This document shows, piece by piece, positions 37,559-50,406 of a stretch of DNA of 64,000 nt. Numbering within the stretch: the first letter of the stretch is position 1; the number at the start of each line of letters is the position of its first letter. Position numbers and translations under genes: made by a program. Source of the stretch: Spizellomyces punctatus DAOM BR117 (lineage: Eukaryota); assembly GCA_000182565.2 (NCBI GenBank), contig KQ257467.1, one strand, 5' to 3'. The notes beneath the pieces were generated by a model. The model did no database searches, was not told the DNA's origin, and saw only the letters and a list, made by a program, of their open reading frames with translations.

Positions 37559-40500
37559 TCAAGCGTCCGTGGCAGGAGGTTGCTCAGGCTCCGGAGTGGG
37601 AATCTCTAAAGCACCATATTTGTTATCTCAAGAATGATATCAACCAAGCGTAACATGCATACCTGGAGGAATCTGTTCAGGAGCCCAAACCTGCCCATGT
37701 GGTGGGGCTGGGATCATCATTGGCTGCTGGAAATGCGGTATCATTTCGGGAGGATATCCGGGCATCATCGGCGCTAGCCAAGAAGAAAAACGGTCATCAC
37801 GATTTTGAACACGTAATAATCCATCGGCTTCATTCATTCCTCACCAGTTTGGTATATCGGTGGTGGGCTGCCCATGAATGCAGCAGGTACTGGTGATGAT
37901 GCGACCGGGCGCGATTGGTAGCCGTCCGGTCGAAAGTGCCCACCTAAGAGGTGATCAATCATTGTACTGTGACCGGATGGCTTTCAGGAGTAACACGTAC
38001 CATTTTCGTCACCGACGAAATTCCCTGGCTGTCCTTTTTGGTACATTCTCATGTTAGCGTTGGGGGGCGGAGGCACAAATTGTGGAGGATAAACCGGGGC
38101 GTGTGGTACAGGAGCGACAAAGCCGGGCGGAAACTGCCCTTGAGGAACCTAGAAGGCATTTTCAGCTGGGAAGACAAGATTTCGCTTCCTCACATAACGG
38201 AAATACATACCGGCATTATAAAAGTAGCCCCAGGAGGCATGCTCATACCTGGCATGCCTGGAACAAAAGGCCTGCCAATCATTGGCTTTGATTGCGTTGG
38301 GTCAATGAGAACATCATGTCTAAACAATGACAGGAAATGGTCCTTACCCGATACTGATAAGGTGGAACTGGGTATGGGAAGTATTGTTGAGGTTCCACCC
38401 CTTGTGGGTACATTTCTTCTCCATACTGAGGAACTGTGTTCACATGGCTAAAGTGAGGACATCGAATTACTCTGGACAACAAAGACTAGCTTACCATAAT
38501 GCCCAGGCTTCGGCGAGCCATTGTTTTTCTGGAAACCCTTTCCGTATTGTTGCTTTCCTTGGTAACTGCCTTGATTCTTTCCAGTGCGCTTACCGCCAAA
38601 ATAGGGCGACTGAATAGGGATTAGTCACATCACGACCCTGCCACGAGACAGCAGCGACATACCTTCTCTCCATGTTGAGGTGACTTATGCTGGGTCACCG
38701 GGGTGGCGGCCGCGGGAGCGGAAGATGGGGTAAACTCGAGGGCTGCCACGTTGAACTTGAATTCACTCTTTGTAGTAGCAGGAGGGGGAGCCGTATCTGA
38801 TCCAGATTCCAGTTTTGTGGGTGCGACATTATCTTTTCCATCTTCTGATGCTGCCTTAAGGGTTGAGCCTCTCTCCGTTTCAGCTGATGCAGGTGACGTG
38901 CCGCGTCCGGACGATTGCGTGCGGGTTGCATCGTCTTTCGTGGTAACTGCTTTATTTTCCATTTTGCTGGGTCGAGAATCTGTATCCTCCTTTGAGGTCT
39001 CCAATTTAGCTTGAGGAAGTTTGGGGGATTCCTTCTCTCCGCTCTTGTGCAGAATCTCTTGTAAGTCTTCCGGCATTGGGGTCTTCAGCTGCATTCCGAA
39101 TCAAGGCATCTTCAGTGCTCTGCATATTTTCCACCAGTCTCTATTGGTAATACCTTGAAAGATTTACTGAATGTTTTGAATTCTTCAACAATTTGATCCT
39201 TTTCTTGCTTCATTAACACTTGCTTCCGCTGCATCAGCATTTCCTTCTCACCAACAGCGAAGTCCTTGAAAAGTTTGGCAATGTGGGCGGCTAAATATCC
39301 ACAATCACAATGAACACAATCAGACCCTCATTATGTTTAGAAGCCTTTGGTTAACACTTGTTCATCATACCTTCGACGGGATTGGGAGGCATTTCGGGTA
39401 AATCCGCATTTCCTGCCCCCTTCTAAGAATTGTAATCATCCTGGCTTTAGCAATTATAGTGGTAATTCTCCTTCCCGCGCAAATCTCACCTTCTGCGCCA
39501 GTTTCGTAAGCGCCGCAGCGCTTGCCCCATGCTTTCTGAGCGGTGACTGTCGTTGCTCAGTACTTTCCGACAACATCGCTTCCTTTTGCTGTTGTTTTCC
39601 AGCATTCTTATTTGCGTCCTGTTGAGATATTTTTGCCGGTATTGTGGATATCTCCTTGGCGACAGGTTCCCTTTTCTTCACATCCTTTGTGGAGGACGTC
39701 TCTCGCGTTGTTACACTGGAGGATGCTTCATTACGCTTTCCTTCCTTTGGCTGCTCAGCCTTCCCAGTGCTTGCCGCAGCCTTGCGTGCTCCAGGAGGAA
39801 TGTATTTGCCAGGCTGCCGAATGACGGACGAATACCTGGCGTACGTCCGGTAAGTCATTAGTAAGAAAATATGAACATATCAGCGATCGTATAAAAATTG
39901 TACCTTTCCTCCTCATCGACATTTGCCGTGCTTATATCTAAACCACGTTCCTCGGCAATATGAGGGTTATTGACGGGGCCCTGCGGTGAAAAATTGTAAG
40001 TTTGCGGTGATATGAACCATACTGAAAGTAGCTGTCGTGCTTACCCTTTCGATTTCTCGTGCCAATCGAATCGCCTCAGCCTCGCGGCGCTTAAAATTGG
40101 GATCAGACTTATCTACAGTCGTGGTGTACAGATGCTCATCAAAGTCCGTTGTGACGCCGAAAAGCTTCTCGTTTGTGGCAAACTGATCCCACTCGCCAGC
40201 ATGGCCAACTTCATCTTCAAGTCCGATGGCTGCGTCCGCCCCAGTATCCGGAGCCCACTTCTGAAGATGTCTCTCCCTGACAAGCCCCGAATGTCCACTG
40301 ATCGTCGTATCGGTTTGGACTGTCAACAATAGGGAGTCAACTTCATGGAACCCGATCCAGACAGCAATCAAAAGTACCTTCTCGCTCTCCGGAAGCTTTC
40401 TGAGTAATCGACAGATCCAACGGGCGGGCACTGATACTACACACGTCTTTAGGCATAATGATCAGGTTTTTTATGGTGACGCCCTCGGAGCCATCGGACG

Positions 40501-41042
40501 TTTTTTTGATTGCCATCTTGAGTAGGACTCCCAAATCCTTACTCGTGGGCGATGCGCTATAAATGCCTTCGTATACTGTGCCATTGCGGACCTTGACCTC
40601 GACTTTCGTGCCCTGCAGTGGAAGAGGGTTAGCGCATCTTGACCTGTGCTGTCTCATGTATTGTTGCATACAATCATGTTCGCGAGGATGAACAAAAGTC
40701 TGGCATGTTGAATTTCAGCAGATGACTCGGACACCGTGTTGTCCTTTGGGAGTGGACGGTCGCGCGATGCTTGGGCGTGGCCCATCTGCCCAGATGGAGG
40801 TCCCCATTTGCTCTTGCCGCCCCTACTCGATGCCGAATACCAACTATGCTGTCAGCTATGATTTCCAAGTTGACTTTGTTTTAAGACCTTGTCGCAGTAA
40901 CTTGCCTGCTATACTGCTGCTGTGAACCTCCGTGATGTACATCCGCGAATTCACGGCTGCCGTGGAAATCTTTACGAGTCCCTCCACCCCTGGGTCTTCC
41001 CCCGCTTCCTCCGCCAGCCCCCGTAGAGGCTTTCCTGTTCAT
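37559..41042 (-). CDS. PBP1: Ataxin-2/Pbp1 poly(A)-binding-protein interactor
   Basis: LSm GTKVEVKVRNGTVYEGI; LsmAD WDQFATNEKLFGVTTDFDEHLYTT..HIAEERG..EEERYSSV; PAM2 FKFNVAALEFTP; P/M/Q-rich tail. Confidence 0.93.
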
Positions 41043-41402
41043 ATTGAAGACGCTTGAGGAGAGCAGGATTGCAAACAGGTAAAGAAAGTTTCAACCAGGG
41101 ATGCTGTTGTTGGAGACGTGTTAACAAACACTGACAATTTGCCTCCAATTCAAGCTTGCACCTGTGGAAGAGAGGAAAAGATCCAGAGAATCGTGTGCAA
41201 ACAAGGACGTGTAAAGGCGAGTGGGATTGTCACGAAATCAGCTCCAAGGCGCGGGGATGAAACAACAAAGCTTCACAAATGGGTAATGTAGGAATGGGGG
41301 TGGTGAGTCTCACAGCGTAACTGTTTGGGCGATCACTAGGGCACGTGTCACGACCTGAAGGATTGGCCTTGACTTTTCGCCTGCTTTCCTTTTTAGATTG
41401 CA

Positions 41403-42035
41403 ATGCCGATTATTGGAATTGGAGTGGACACTTGCCATCTACCACACCTGCACTCGCTCCTAACGCGGCATTCTCCCTGGCGGCTAGTTCGCCGTATCTT
41501 TACAGTTCGAGAACGAGAATTATTTGAGCAGAACTTTGGCGCACTCGATTTACACAAACCCTTGTCGAAATATCCTAACCCTGAAGGGGGCCCACATTGG
41601 AACCGTATACCGCCCCCACAAAGAAGGCTCCTGTCATATTTGGGTGGCAGGTGAGCAAAGAGATGTCGTTTACACAAAAGTGTTCCTCTGACCTTTAAAC
41701 ACTCTCGTAGATGGGCGGCAAAAGAGGCCGCGTTCAAAGCCCTGTATCCTACTTATCACTTGCAATTCCGTGATGTTTCTATTCTTAAAGAACAAGGTTC
41801 GCATATCGATAACGTGTCTGTTGATGACACTCTGCATCGCTGATATAACTCAAATTCCGGCTTCAATTATGTAGGAGCGAAGCCCTGTATTGTCCTTTCT
41901 CCGGACATTGTAGAGGCTGCCAATGTATCGGCTAGCCATGTATCATTATCGCACGACGGCGAGATTGCTATGGCATATGTAGTATTTGAACGATCTTGCG
42001 ATGAGCAAACCTGTGCCAAGCTCACGAAGCAATGA
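41403..42035 (+). CDS. PPT2: AcpS-type 4'-phosphopantetheinyl transferase (mitochondrial Ppt2-like)
   Basis: IIGIGVD, RIFTVRE, YLGGRWAAKEAAFKAL, GAKP, HVSLSHDG; 2 introns. Confidence 0.88.
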
Positions 42036-42797
42036 GCGCGTGCGCAACAAACGACACTCTCGCGCCATATCAAGGCTGCCAATACAAGTCCACAGTCCAG
42101 CAAAGCCTATGAGCCCATTTTGCACGGCACGGTCAAGTAATCTCATTGGCTACCGGTTCGCAGCTAAGGGACAACACCTTCGACCTGGAAACAGTAAATA
42201 ATGGATCCTCTGGGAGTAAGCGCCTAGCCAACGAGCATATTTTAGAGCTTAAAGAACTCTGCGGGGCGATCTCGTTATGGGTCGTTGTGACTCGACGGAC
42301 AGCCGATAGTGGATGCCTTGGAGCCCGGGGAAATGGCTTGCCATTATCGACACGCCATGCTCTAGTCTCCTTGGTTGAATAGAGACCAAGACTGCTTGCT
42401 GCACAGCATAAATGAAATCTTTCAACTAGCAGCTTTTGACCTATGGCGAGGTCCATCGCCGATTTCACGACGCTGCCCTACGTGGCTGCAATACCTAATA
42501 TGACGGGTGTGAGTAATCGGCTGTTCTGTCATACTAGGAAATTGGACAACGACCCGGATTGGCGTCACCTTTTCCTGCAGACATCCATCTGTCTAGACAT
42601 CGTATGCATCACAGGAAATAAGAACTAAAATGTAGATATATATGTATCATGTAAATTACATCCGGTGGTTGTGTATATTTGCAATACGATAAATGGCAAG
42701 CTTACAGCTAACTCCATTGATATCCAAGTTTCATCTGTCAAATGCTCGCGACAGACACTCATTCTGTCCCCAGCTCATTTGCGAGCGACGCAAGTCT

Positions 42798-45700
42798 TCA
42801 CCATCCGTATTTACTCCATATGACAAGGATCGCCTTCCATATTACAATGATCCCAGTAAGCAGTATCGGCGGAGTAGATACGTTTCTCCACCCAAAGGTG
42901 CTACCCAAGAGAAACATCACCACAGTCAGTGCCAGCACAAATGCCAAGTTGCGCCACACCGCGAAACATCTGAGCCATTCGAAGCTGGGCAAATCCGGAA
43001 GCCCAGGATTCCTTCGTCGCAGAATAGCGTACTAAATTATAATGTCAGTTGAGTCGGTCATGCAGGCAGCAAACACCCTACTTTTGCAGATAATGCTAAC
43101 CTGCTCATCAAGGTAATGCGCCAACGAGGTCCAGAACCATACCAACAGGGAGCTCTCGTATGTTTTCACCATTTTGCCTACACTGGCATCGGCAAAAATG
43201 GGAATATTATCCTTGCTACTCATACGAAGGCCTGCTTTCAACTATTCTCGGGGCAAAGGGTGTGATTAATACTTTATGAAAACATATAAGCAGGAACATG
43301 CTTGCACCTGGTCTCGGCCTCTACTCGTCAAAACTACAACTCCGTCGCTCCGAACCCTTTCTTCCGGTGCCAGTACGCCAGGTGCCACGCTCTTGAACAC
43401 CACTTCCTCATGGCCAAGAAGCTCCTGGTCAGAGGCGGACGTGCGACGCGACGAGGGTGGTGATGCACCAAGTGTGCCTTGGCCAGTTGTCTTCCTGACA
43501 GGTTCAGGCACTTGTAGCTGTCCACTCCAAATTGCCACCGCTGCGTTGATCGTCGTCTCTAACCGAGTAATGTTTTTCCGTGCCGTCTCCTGATTTGCAG
43601 TTGTGATATTCTGCCGTGGTCTTAGTCGATCGTCTTCTCGGGGAAGGAATACGGACATATCGAGCCAGCCACTGGCTGTTCGGCCAGTACTGGGCCCTGC
43701 AGCTTTGTCTCCTTCCAGGTATATCTTCAGTCGTTCTCTACTATCAACGAGATTCCTAAGGAGTCCCGTCGCCTGCAGTCAACGCGTCAAAAAAGCGCAC
43801 CACAACAAAAGTCTTATCACAATACTCACACTTTCCATCCCTAGATCTTTTTGTTCCGTACTGCGAGCCGGTTGGCCCCGGTCTGGGATGAATACTGGAT
43901 AATCGTACTTTTCACCGATCTGCAGCATTTTTGACCGAAAATCGTACATTCTACTCAACGAGCCGTGGCTCGCATTGGAGTGCGGCTCATTCGGATCCGA
44001 ATTACCCCCTGATCTATTAGATCGCAGTCTTAGATCTGATTCGTCCAACGAAAATATGGATGCCTCAATCGCACGAAGAGATTGAATCAACATGTCATCA
44101 TTGAAAGCTGCGAACACCTTCTCGACCGCATTCAAATAGTTCTTGTTGAAGGTTTTCGTTCCAGCAACAGAGCTCACAGGCCGCACCGAAGAGTATACAT
44201 CAAAACTCTTTGCGCGGTTCAGGAACCGTCCGAAAAGGACGGTGTAAAACATGAAGTTGTCTTGAATGAAAGGTGCCCTGACGAATTGTCACACAGTCAA
44301 CAGGGAGCAAGCAAGACTTATAAACCAAACCAGGTCTCACCAGTTGCTCGAGTACTTTGCATCTGGAGACGATCGTTTCCAGGGTGTCACATACGTTAAC
44401 CAGACATCAATAATCTTTCATGGTAAGGGATCAGTAAATTTCACACTCGAAAATTATCGGATGCCATTACCATTGAGATACTGTCATCTCGAGGCCAGTA
44501 ATCAAAAGCCAATCGCAAGAACCAGTAAAAATTAGGCTGAAAGATTTGATATGCCCGCCTGTTTCAAAGCAGGATCAGTATGAAAAATCGGCTCAAACTG
44601 CATGGGATGGCATCTACATACACCCTCGCCGTAAGTAGTTCAGAAGACAGGTAATCCTGGTCACTGTCAGAGGTGCCTCGAAAGATTCGATAGAAGTCGG
44701 CCGACACAATCTGATTGATGAGCTGATCTATGCACACCATTTGGGTTTCGGTGGGCTTTACATAATTTCTAGTCTGGTTCCCAGGGACGAACGGTTAGGG
44801 GTCACAGGTTTCTGTTCACAAACGCAAAATAGAGAGTCTCACCGGCTGACCCAATTGGACTGGGCTAGAGAGGACGCCTGCGTCGTTCTGACACAACCAG
44901 AGTTCAACAAAAGCTCCAATCACGAACTCGGAGGCGAGACGCTTCTGCGACAAATCCAGCTCCCTATTCCATACGATATCAATGAACTTGGGTCTAATGG
45001 ACTCTGATTACCAAATGGGCCTGCGTACCGAATGGTAAAGATGCTCAGATTATCATTCTCGCGCGATACTATTCGTGGGCTCCCTATTTGGCCTGGCTTT
45101 TCGTCGGTCTTCCAAAGATGCTCAACAGTGTGAACAGCGCGCGTAAAACTATCGCGCAGCTGATTTAACTCCCGTCCCATCTCTCCCAGTGGAGGGCGAC
45201 CCATCGGTGCATTTCCCCGAGTATCCTGTCTTTTTCGCAGTCCAGACGCATCTGATAGTCCAGAATATCCATTGTATTCCTCTCCATTACTGGAGAGCGG
45301 CAAGAAGAAGTCCAGATACGCTTGAACTAGGTCAAAGAAAACAGGATTTAAGGACGATGAGGGCCTGTGTCCAGGTGAATCGACCTTCGCATCCCTCTGC
45401 CAGTGACCAGCAACAGCTTTAGGTAAATGAATGGCGGATAGGAGTCCGTGAGTGGGGGTGTTCGGTTGGTGTTTGGCGTGGTCGTAGGAGGATAGAGAGG
45501 CGGATTTCTGCGTCGCACATAAACTGAACATTTCGGTTAATAGTTGGCCACATGAAGTTATTCAGCAGAAGGAACTTGACTCACGCGAATGAAAAGATGT
45601 AGTACTCGAACATATCTGACGTGTATAATGAGACCAGAGCAGCTGGTGGTCATCATGATCGACAAACCGGAAACTTACTGAACACTATCTCAACTTTACT

Positions 45701-46247
45701 TGACTGTCCACCTTTTCTTGGGGACCCTACTGTAGGGCTTAAATTGCGTTGTTGAAGGAAGGGCTGCTGTCGCTGCTGTTCCAAACGAAAGTGGTTTTTA
45801 TATATTGCTGGCAGCTGAGACCAGTCGGAGTTGCTGATAAGCCGACGGGAGGGGGCCTGGATTAATATAAATTATCAGCTGTACATTGATAGGTATTCTT
45901 GCGTCAAGCCAGGCTACCGGAAGCTGATCGAATTTTATCTCGTAAATCAGATCTCTCTGGTTAAGTTTGAGTAACGTGCGGAGAAATATGCCACTGGGAT
46001 GTAAAAAGTGTAGAAAGTCCAAGCGCTCTTTTTCAGGTCGAGGGCGTAGGATATAACATGCTTCGGTGCCTCCTCCTGAAAACAGTTTCGCCGTGATTCT
46101 TGAGAGAAAGCGATGCAATGGCTTTGCACGTGTTGAGTCTGGATTGTCTTTCAGCCAAGCTTCGACCCCCTTAACAGCGACAAAAAAAGAGGGCAGGTCC
46201 GTGGCAGCGACTAATCGTGCAAGGGGATGATTTGGAGTGGCTTCCAT
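42798..46247 (-). CDS. SMPD4 (neutral sphingomyelinase-3/NET13)-like tail-anchored protein
   Basis: FLHPSGIFLRTLLKL..YEIKFDQLP, FEYYIF, LVQAYLDFFLP, VKTYESSLLV and C-terminal WLRCFA plus TM helices recall SMPD4 conserved blocks. Recalled similarity, not searched. Confidence 0.65.
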
Positions 46248-46651
46248 TGTCGGCACGATGGTCGGAAGGAGTCCGCGAGATCGCGAGCTATTCCTTTCGA
46301 TTTCTTGCTGGACGTTTGCGTAAACCGTGCAATGGTTGGAACCGGTTAAATCGGAAATGAAGTGACACTCTGGTCGGCATCTTGCAAATGCCTCTTTTGT
46401 GCTGTGCTGCATGGCGGGGAATGGAAAGCAAGCATGAAGGCAGAAAGTCAGCGAGAACCAGTTTGATAAAAGATGGGAATGAGAGTGTCATTGCTGGACA
46501 TTTGCATTTCATCGTCTAAAAAGTTCATGTGGTTTTCCCCAATATACTCGCAATAAATCAGCGCGTTGCGTTTCATATTTTCACCTTGTGTAAAGCTTGA
46601 ACTGGGGCCATTTGGACCGCTTCCCGCTACAGCAGAGAATTGAGCAGCAAC

Positions 46652-49600
46652 ATGGCCGCCGCCGTAATTGTAGATACGGACTGTCTTGCAGATGCCGTGG
46701 TTGAATGGGTGAACACTTTTGATTCCATATCCCGTCCTTGTCGGAGCATCAAAGACCTTGCTGATGCGGTGGTGTTGACCGACATTCTATCACAAATGTG
46801 AGTAGTGCTTTCTTGTTTGGTCGGGACTCTGCCACGGTCTCGTAAAGCAGACGGTCACTCTACACGGCTGTCGCCCAAAAGCTAGCTATCCTCTGTCCAG
46901 TCGCAATGAGTAGAGCCCAGGCTACGATCCACTGTTGCTGAGGGCAAAGGTGGGATGAAGGAATTCAACAGTACTGAGTGACTTTTTCAAATGTCGGACA
47001 GTGATCCCCAATGGTTCAAGGCCGCCCGCGCTGCCGAGTATGGTGACAATTGGGTACTACGGTTTAATGGTCTCAAGAAGCTTCACAAACTTTTGATGGG
47101 TTATTATGAGGAAGTCTTGGGCCAAAACTCTGCAGGTTTGGAAACTCCAAATCTGACGGCAATCGCTCGGGATGCGGATATCCTTGAACTTCTCAAGCTT
47201 GCCCAACTGGTCATCGCGCTCGCTGTACAGTGCGAAAACAATCAACGATATGTCATGAAGATCCAGTCGCTTTCCCAAGACTCTCAGCATGCATTGATGC
47301 TTTCGATCGAGACGGTGCGTCTTGCTCAACATGCGCTTTTCAAAGTATGAGGTTTGACCTCAGATGCAGGTGATGGGTAGACTGGCGAACAGCACAGGAA
47401 CGACTCAAATATCCCCTTCTACAATGTGAGCGTTGAGTCTCCAATATCACTCTGGAAAAAACACTCTAAGTGCAATTGGAATTACACAGCGATGCGGATA
47501 TGGAAGGATCGATCACTGCTGCCTTAATGGCCGAGAAGTTGGAACTAGAAAAATCAAATAACCTTCTGTCGGAAGAGATGGAGGACCTTCGAACAGAATA
47601 TGTAAGGGAACATGGCATTCACGCCCGCACTCCTCCTTGTACTGAAAATGAAAATTAAAGGAAAGAGTACTGGAAGGACGGAAAGAGCTACAACACAAGA
47701 TCAATGATATGGAAAAAAGCTTGTCCCAGTTGACCGAAGCAGGCCAGGTGGACTTCATCCTCCGGACCGAGATCGATAACTTGAAGGCAGACCTGTATGT
47801 TAACTCAACTACAAGAAACACTAGACAACTTAGCCTCTTGCTGATTGCACTTGCTTCCATAGAGTTAAAAGTGAGAATCGGCGTGTGGAACTTGAAAACC
47901 TTTTGGAAAAGCAGACTGCCGTCATTACAGATATGACCCGCAAAGTAAGTGCTGTGCCGGGTGATACGTAAAGTCGATGCTTTGCCTAAACGATGCACAG
48001 GTGGAAGAAACATCCAGGAAAGCGGAAGAAGTCGATCGTTTGAAAGATGCCCTTGACGAATTTCGGCACGTAGCTGACAAGCTCCAGAAGTCAGAGGCCA
48101 TCATAGACAAATATAAAAAACGATTTGAGGAAGTGACCGACCTGCGTAGACAACTCAAGGTTCAGGCCGTTTCTTGACATTAGTGGCGATATCGGAACTG
48201 ACGTGTCCATTTTCAGTTGGCTGAAGAGCAGAATCAACAACATGCCTTGCGCAATGCACAGCTAGAAGAGGAATTCCGCAAGGTGGCCGGTATCAAGCCC
48301 TTGGTGGATACACTAAAGAATCAACTCAGTGCCTCGGAAACAAAGAACAGCTCGTTACAAGTTGAGGCATCAACGCTAGCGTTTCAGCTGACGGAAGCCC
48401 GTTCGAAGCTGGAAAGATATGATTTAGAAAAGCGAAGTGATCAGGAACTCATTCAAATTTTGGAGGATCGCCTTAAGGACATGGAACATCATAGTAAGAG
48501 TGGCTTATATCTAGAAACTTTGTGTTTTTACTAATTGATGAATGTATCCGATCTTACGTATTAGGTTCAGGAAACCCTCCTCTGGATCGCGAAATATCTG
48601 AAGCAGGAGGCGGGGCTGAATCGGCAGTGTAAGTGCACTAAAAGCGTCTTAAATCTCTGCATATTCCTAAGACTTTTCGGCTACAGTGCCATCAAGATGG
48701 GTCAGTTGGAGAGGGAAGTGGAGCGCTTGCGCGCTGACAATGCTTCTGCACATGCTATTGGCGCAAAGGTTATTTTACTTGAAAATCTCCTTGAAGATGC
48801 CAATCGCTTGAAGGCTAAATTTGAGGAGGTGGGTGCTAGTGGATTGGTCAAATTGATGTGCATTTGCTGCAGGATGGCGCTGACTATCAAGTTATCAGGA
48901 TTATCGAGTTGCGCACGAAAAAAATATTGCATTTGAGAAGGAAGTGCAAGAGCTGCGCTCATCCTCCGACCGGTGAGTCCCAGTCCATCTCGTGAATGGC
49001 CTCCTTTACCAACATACGCGTATTTTAGTCCTGTTGATTCGGCCACCGCACTGAGTAGCGAGAGGCAGCGTGCATCGGTAGACAGTGCGGCTGCTGAACC
49101 ATTGCGAAAGCAGGTCAAACAGCTGAGCGAGCAACTCCGACAGTCCATGGGACAAATTAACAAAATGGCCTATGAGAGGGATAAGATCAACCATGATCTA
49201 ATGGACGCCAAAAGCACTATATCGCAACAAGAGCGGATGATCAAGTACGTAACTATTGTAAATGTTCTTCCACTTTTCACAAGCATATTTCTTACAAACG
49301 TGTTAGCGAGTTGCGAAGCGATCTGGCGGCGATGGAGAGCCGCGGACAGTCGTCCGACGAATCCGTTCAGAAGATTGCAGCCATCACTAAGCAGGCAGTA
49401 GAAGCTCAGCATAAGAACGAGTACCTGCACTCGGCCCTCAAGTCAGCCAAAGAGGTATGTTCAATTTCTTCTATTCTTTTTTTTCTTTGGATAGACGTGT
49501 TTAGGATGATTCGGTATACCTTTTCGTAGCACATTCGTATGTTGGATAACCAAGTCAAGGAATATGCTGCCATCGTACCCAAGGTATTCTCAACATTTCT

Positions 49601-49915
49601 GTGACGCACTCTGACAATGTCGACAGTGCTGATTCATTATATGGGCAGGATGACAACTTTGCAGAGGCGATCGCATCTCTACAATCGGCCTTAAGCGAAT
49701 GTCAAGCTGAAAATGCACGTCAGAAACAAGAATTGGCTGATACTCGTGCCGCAGCCAAGCGAGAGCAAATGCTGATGGCATCGGCGTGGTACAAGACTGC
49801 CACCGAACTGCAATTGAAGGCGTCGGCCCGACTAAAGTCGGCGACACCTGATAGTCCAAAAAGCTGGCTGGCCAGAGAACGACAGAAGGTGATCAGGGAA
49901 ACCATACGTAGATAG
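46652..49915 (+). CDS. Hook-family dynein/kinesin activating adaptor (HookA/Hok1-like)
   Basis: Hook domain VEWVNTF..DLADAVVLTDILSQIDPQWF..NWVLRFNGLKKL..LAVQCE..IQSL..QHALMLSIE; long coiled coil; C-terminal REQMLMASAWY..SWLARER. Confidence 0.92.
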
Positions 49916-50406
49916 ATCATTTCAGTACATGTATAACAGTGCAGTTGGTACATTTCGCTTCCGGCCTGAGTTCAACCAGAGTTTGGGCAACAGTTTTATG
50001 TTTAGAGTTACGAAGAAATGCTGTTTTTCAAATACCAGTATGACACGTTGACATCTTTCGGCACTGACCTACGGAGTGATTGCCACCGACTTTGGGCCAA
50101 TAGCATACAAAATCGGTAATATCATCATGTGCTGGGGGTGCCCAAAGTCGCTTGATGTTCTTTCAGCATCATAGGGTGTCATGCAACAAGTACAAAAAGA
50201 AAAATTGTAGCGATAATGTTTACAGGAAGATTTATCACCAGGTTGCTACCAACAATCCTGCTCAACGTCATAATTTCCACCTTTACTTTAACATGCCTTC
50301 CCTGCGTCCCCATCCGGCCAATTTCAAGCTTTCGTAACAGTCGATTTCGGGAATGTCGCAGCCCACAATCCCTGCCTATTCGCAGCGACAGACACATACT
50401 CATATT

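Noticed and set aside
42036-42700. Short ORFs and an RNase MRP CR-V-like string (minus strand GCAAAATGGGCTCAT) between PPT2 and the SMPD4-like gene
   Set aside because: No matching CR-I/P4 partner and no recognisable protein; probably UTR or intergenic.
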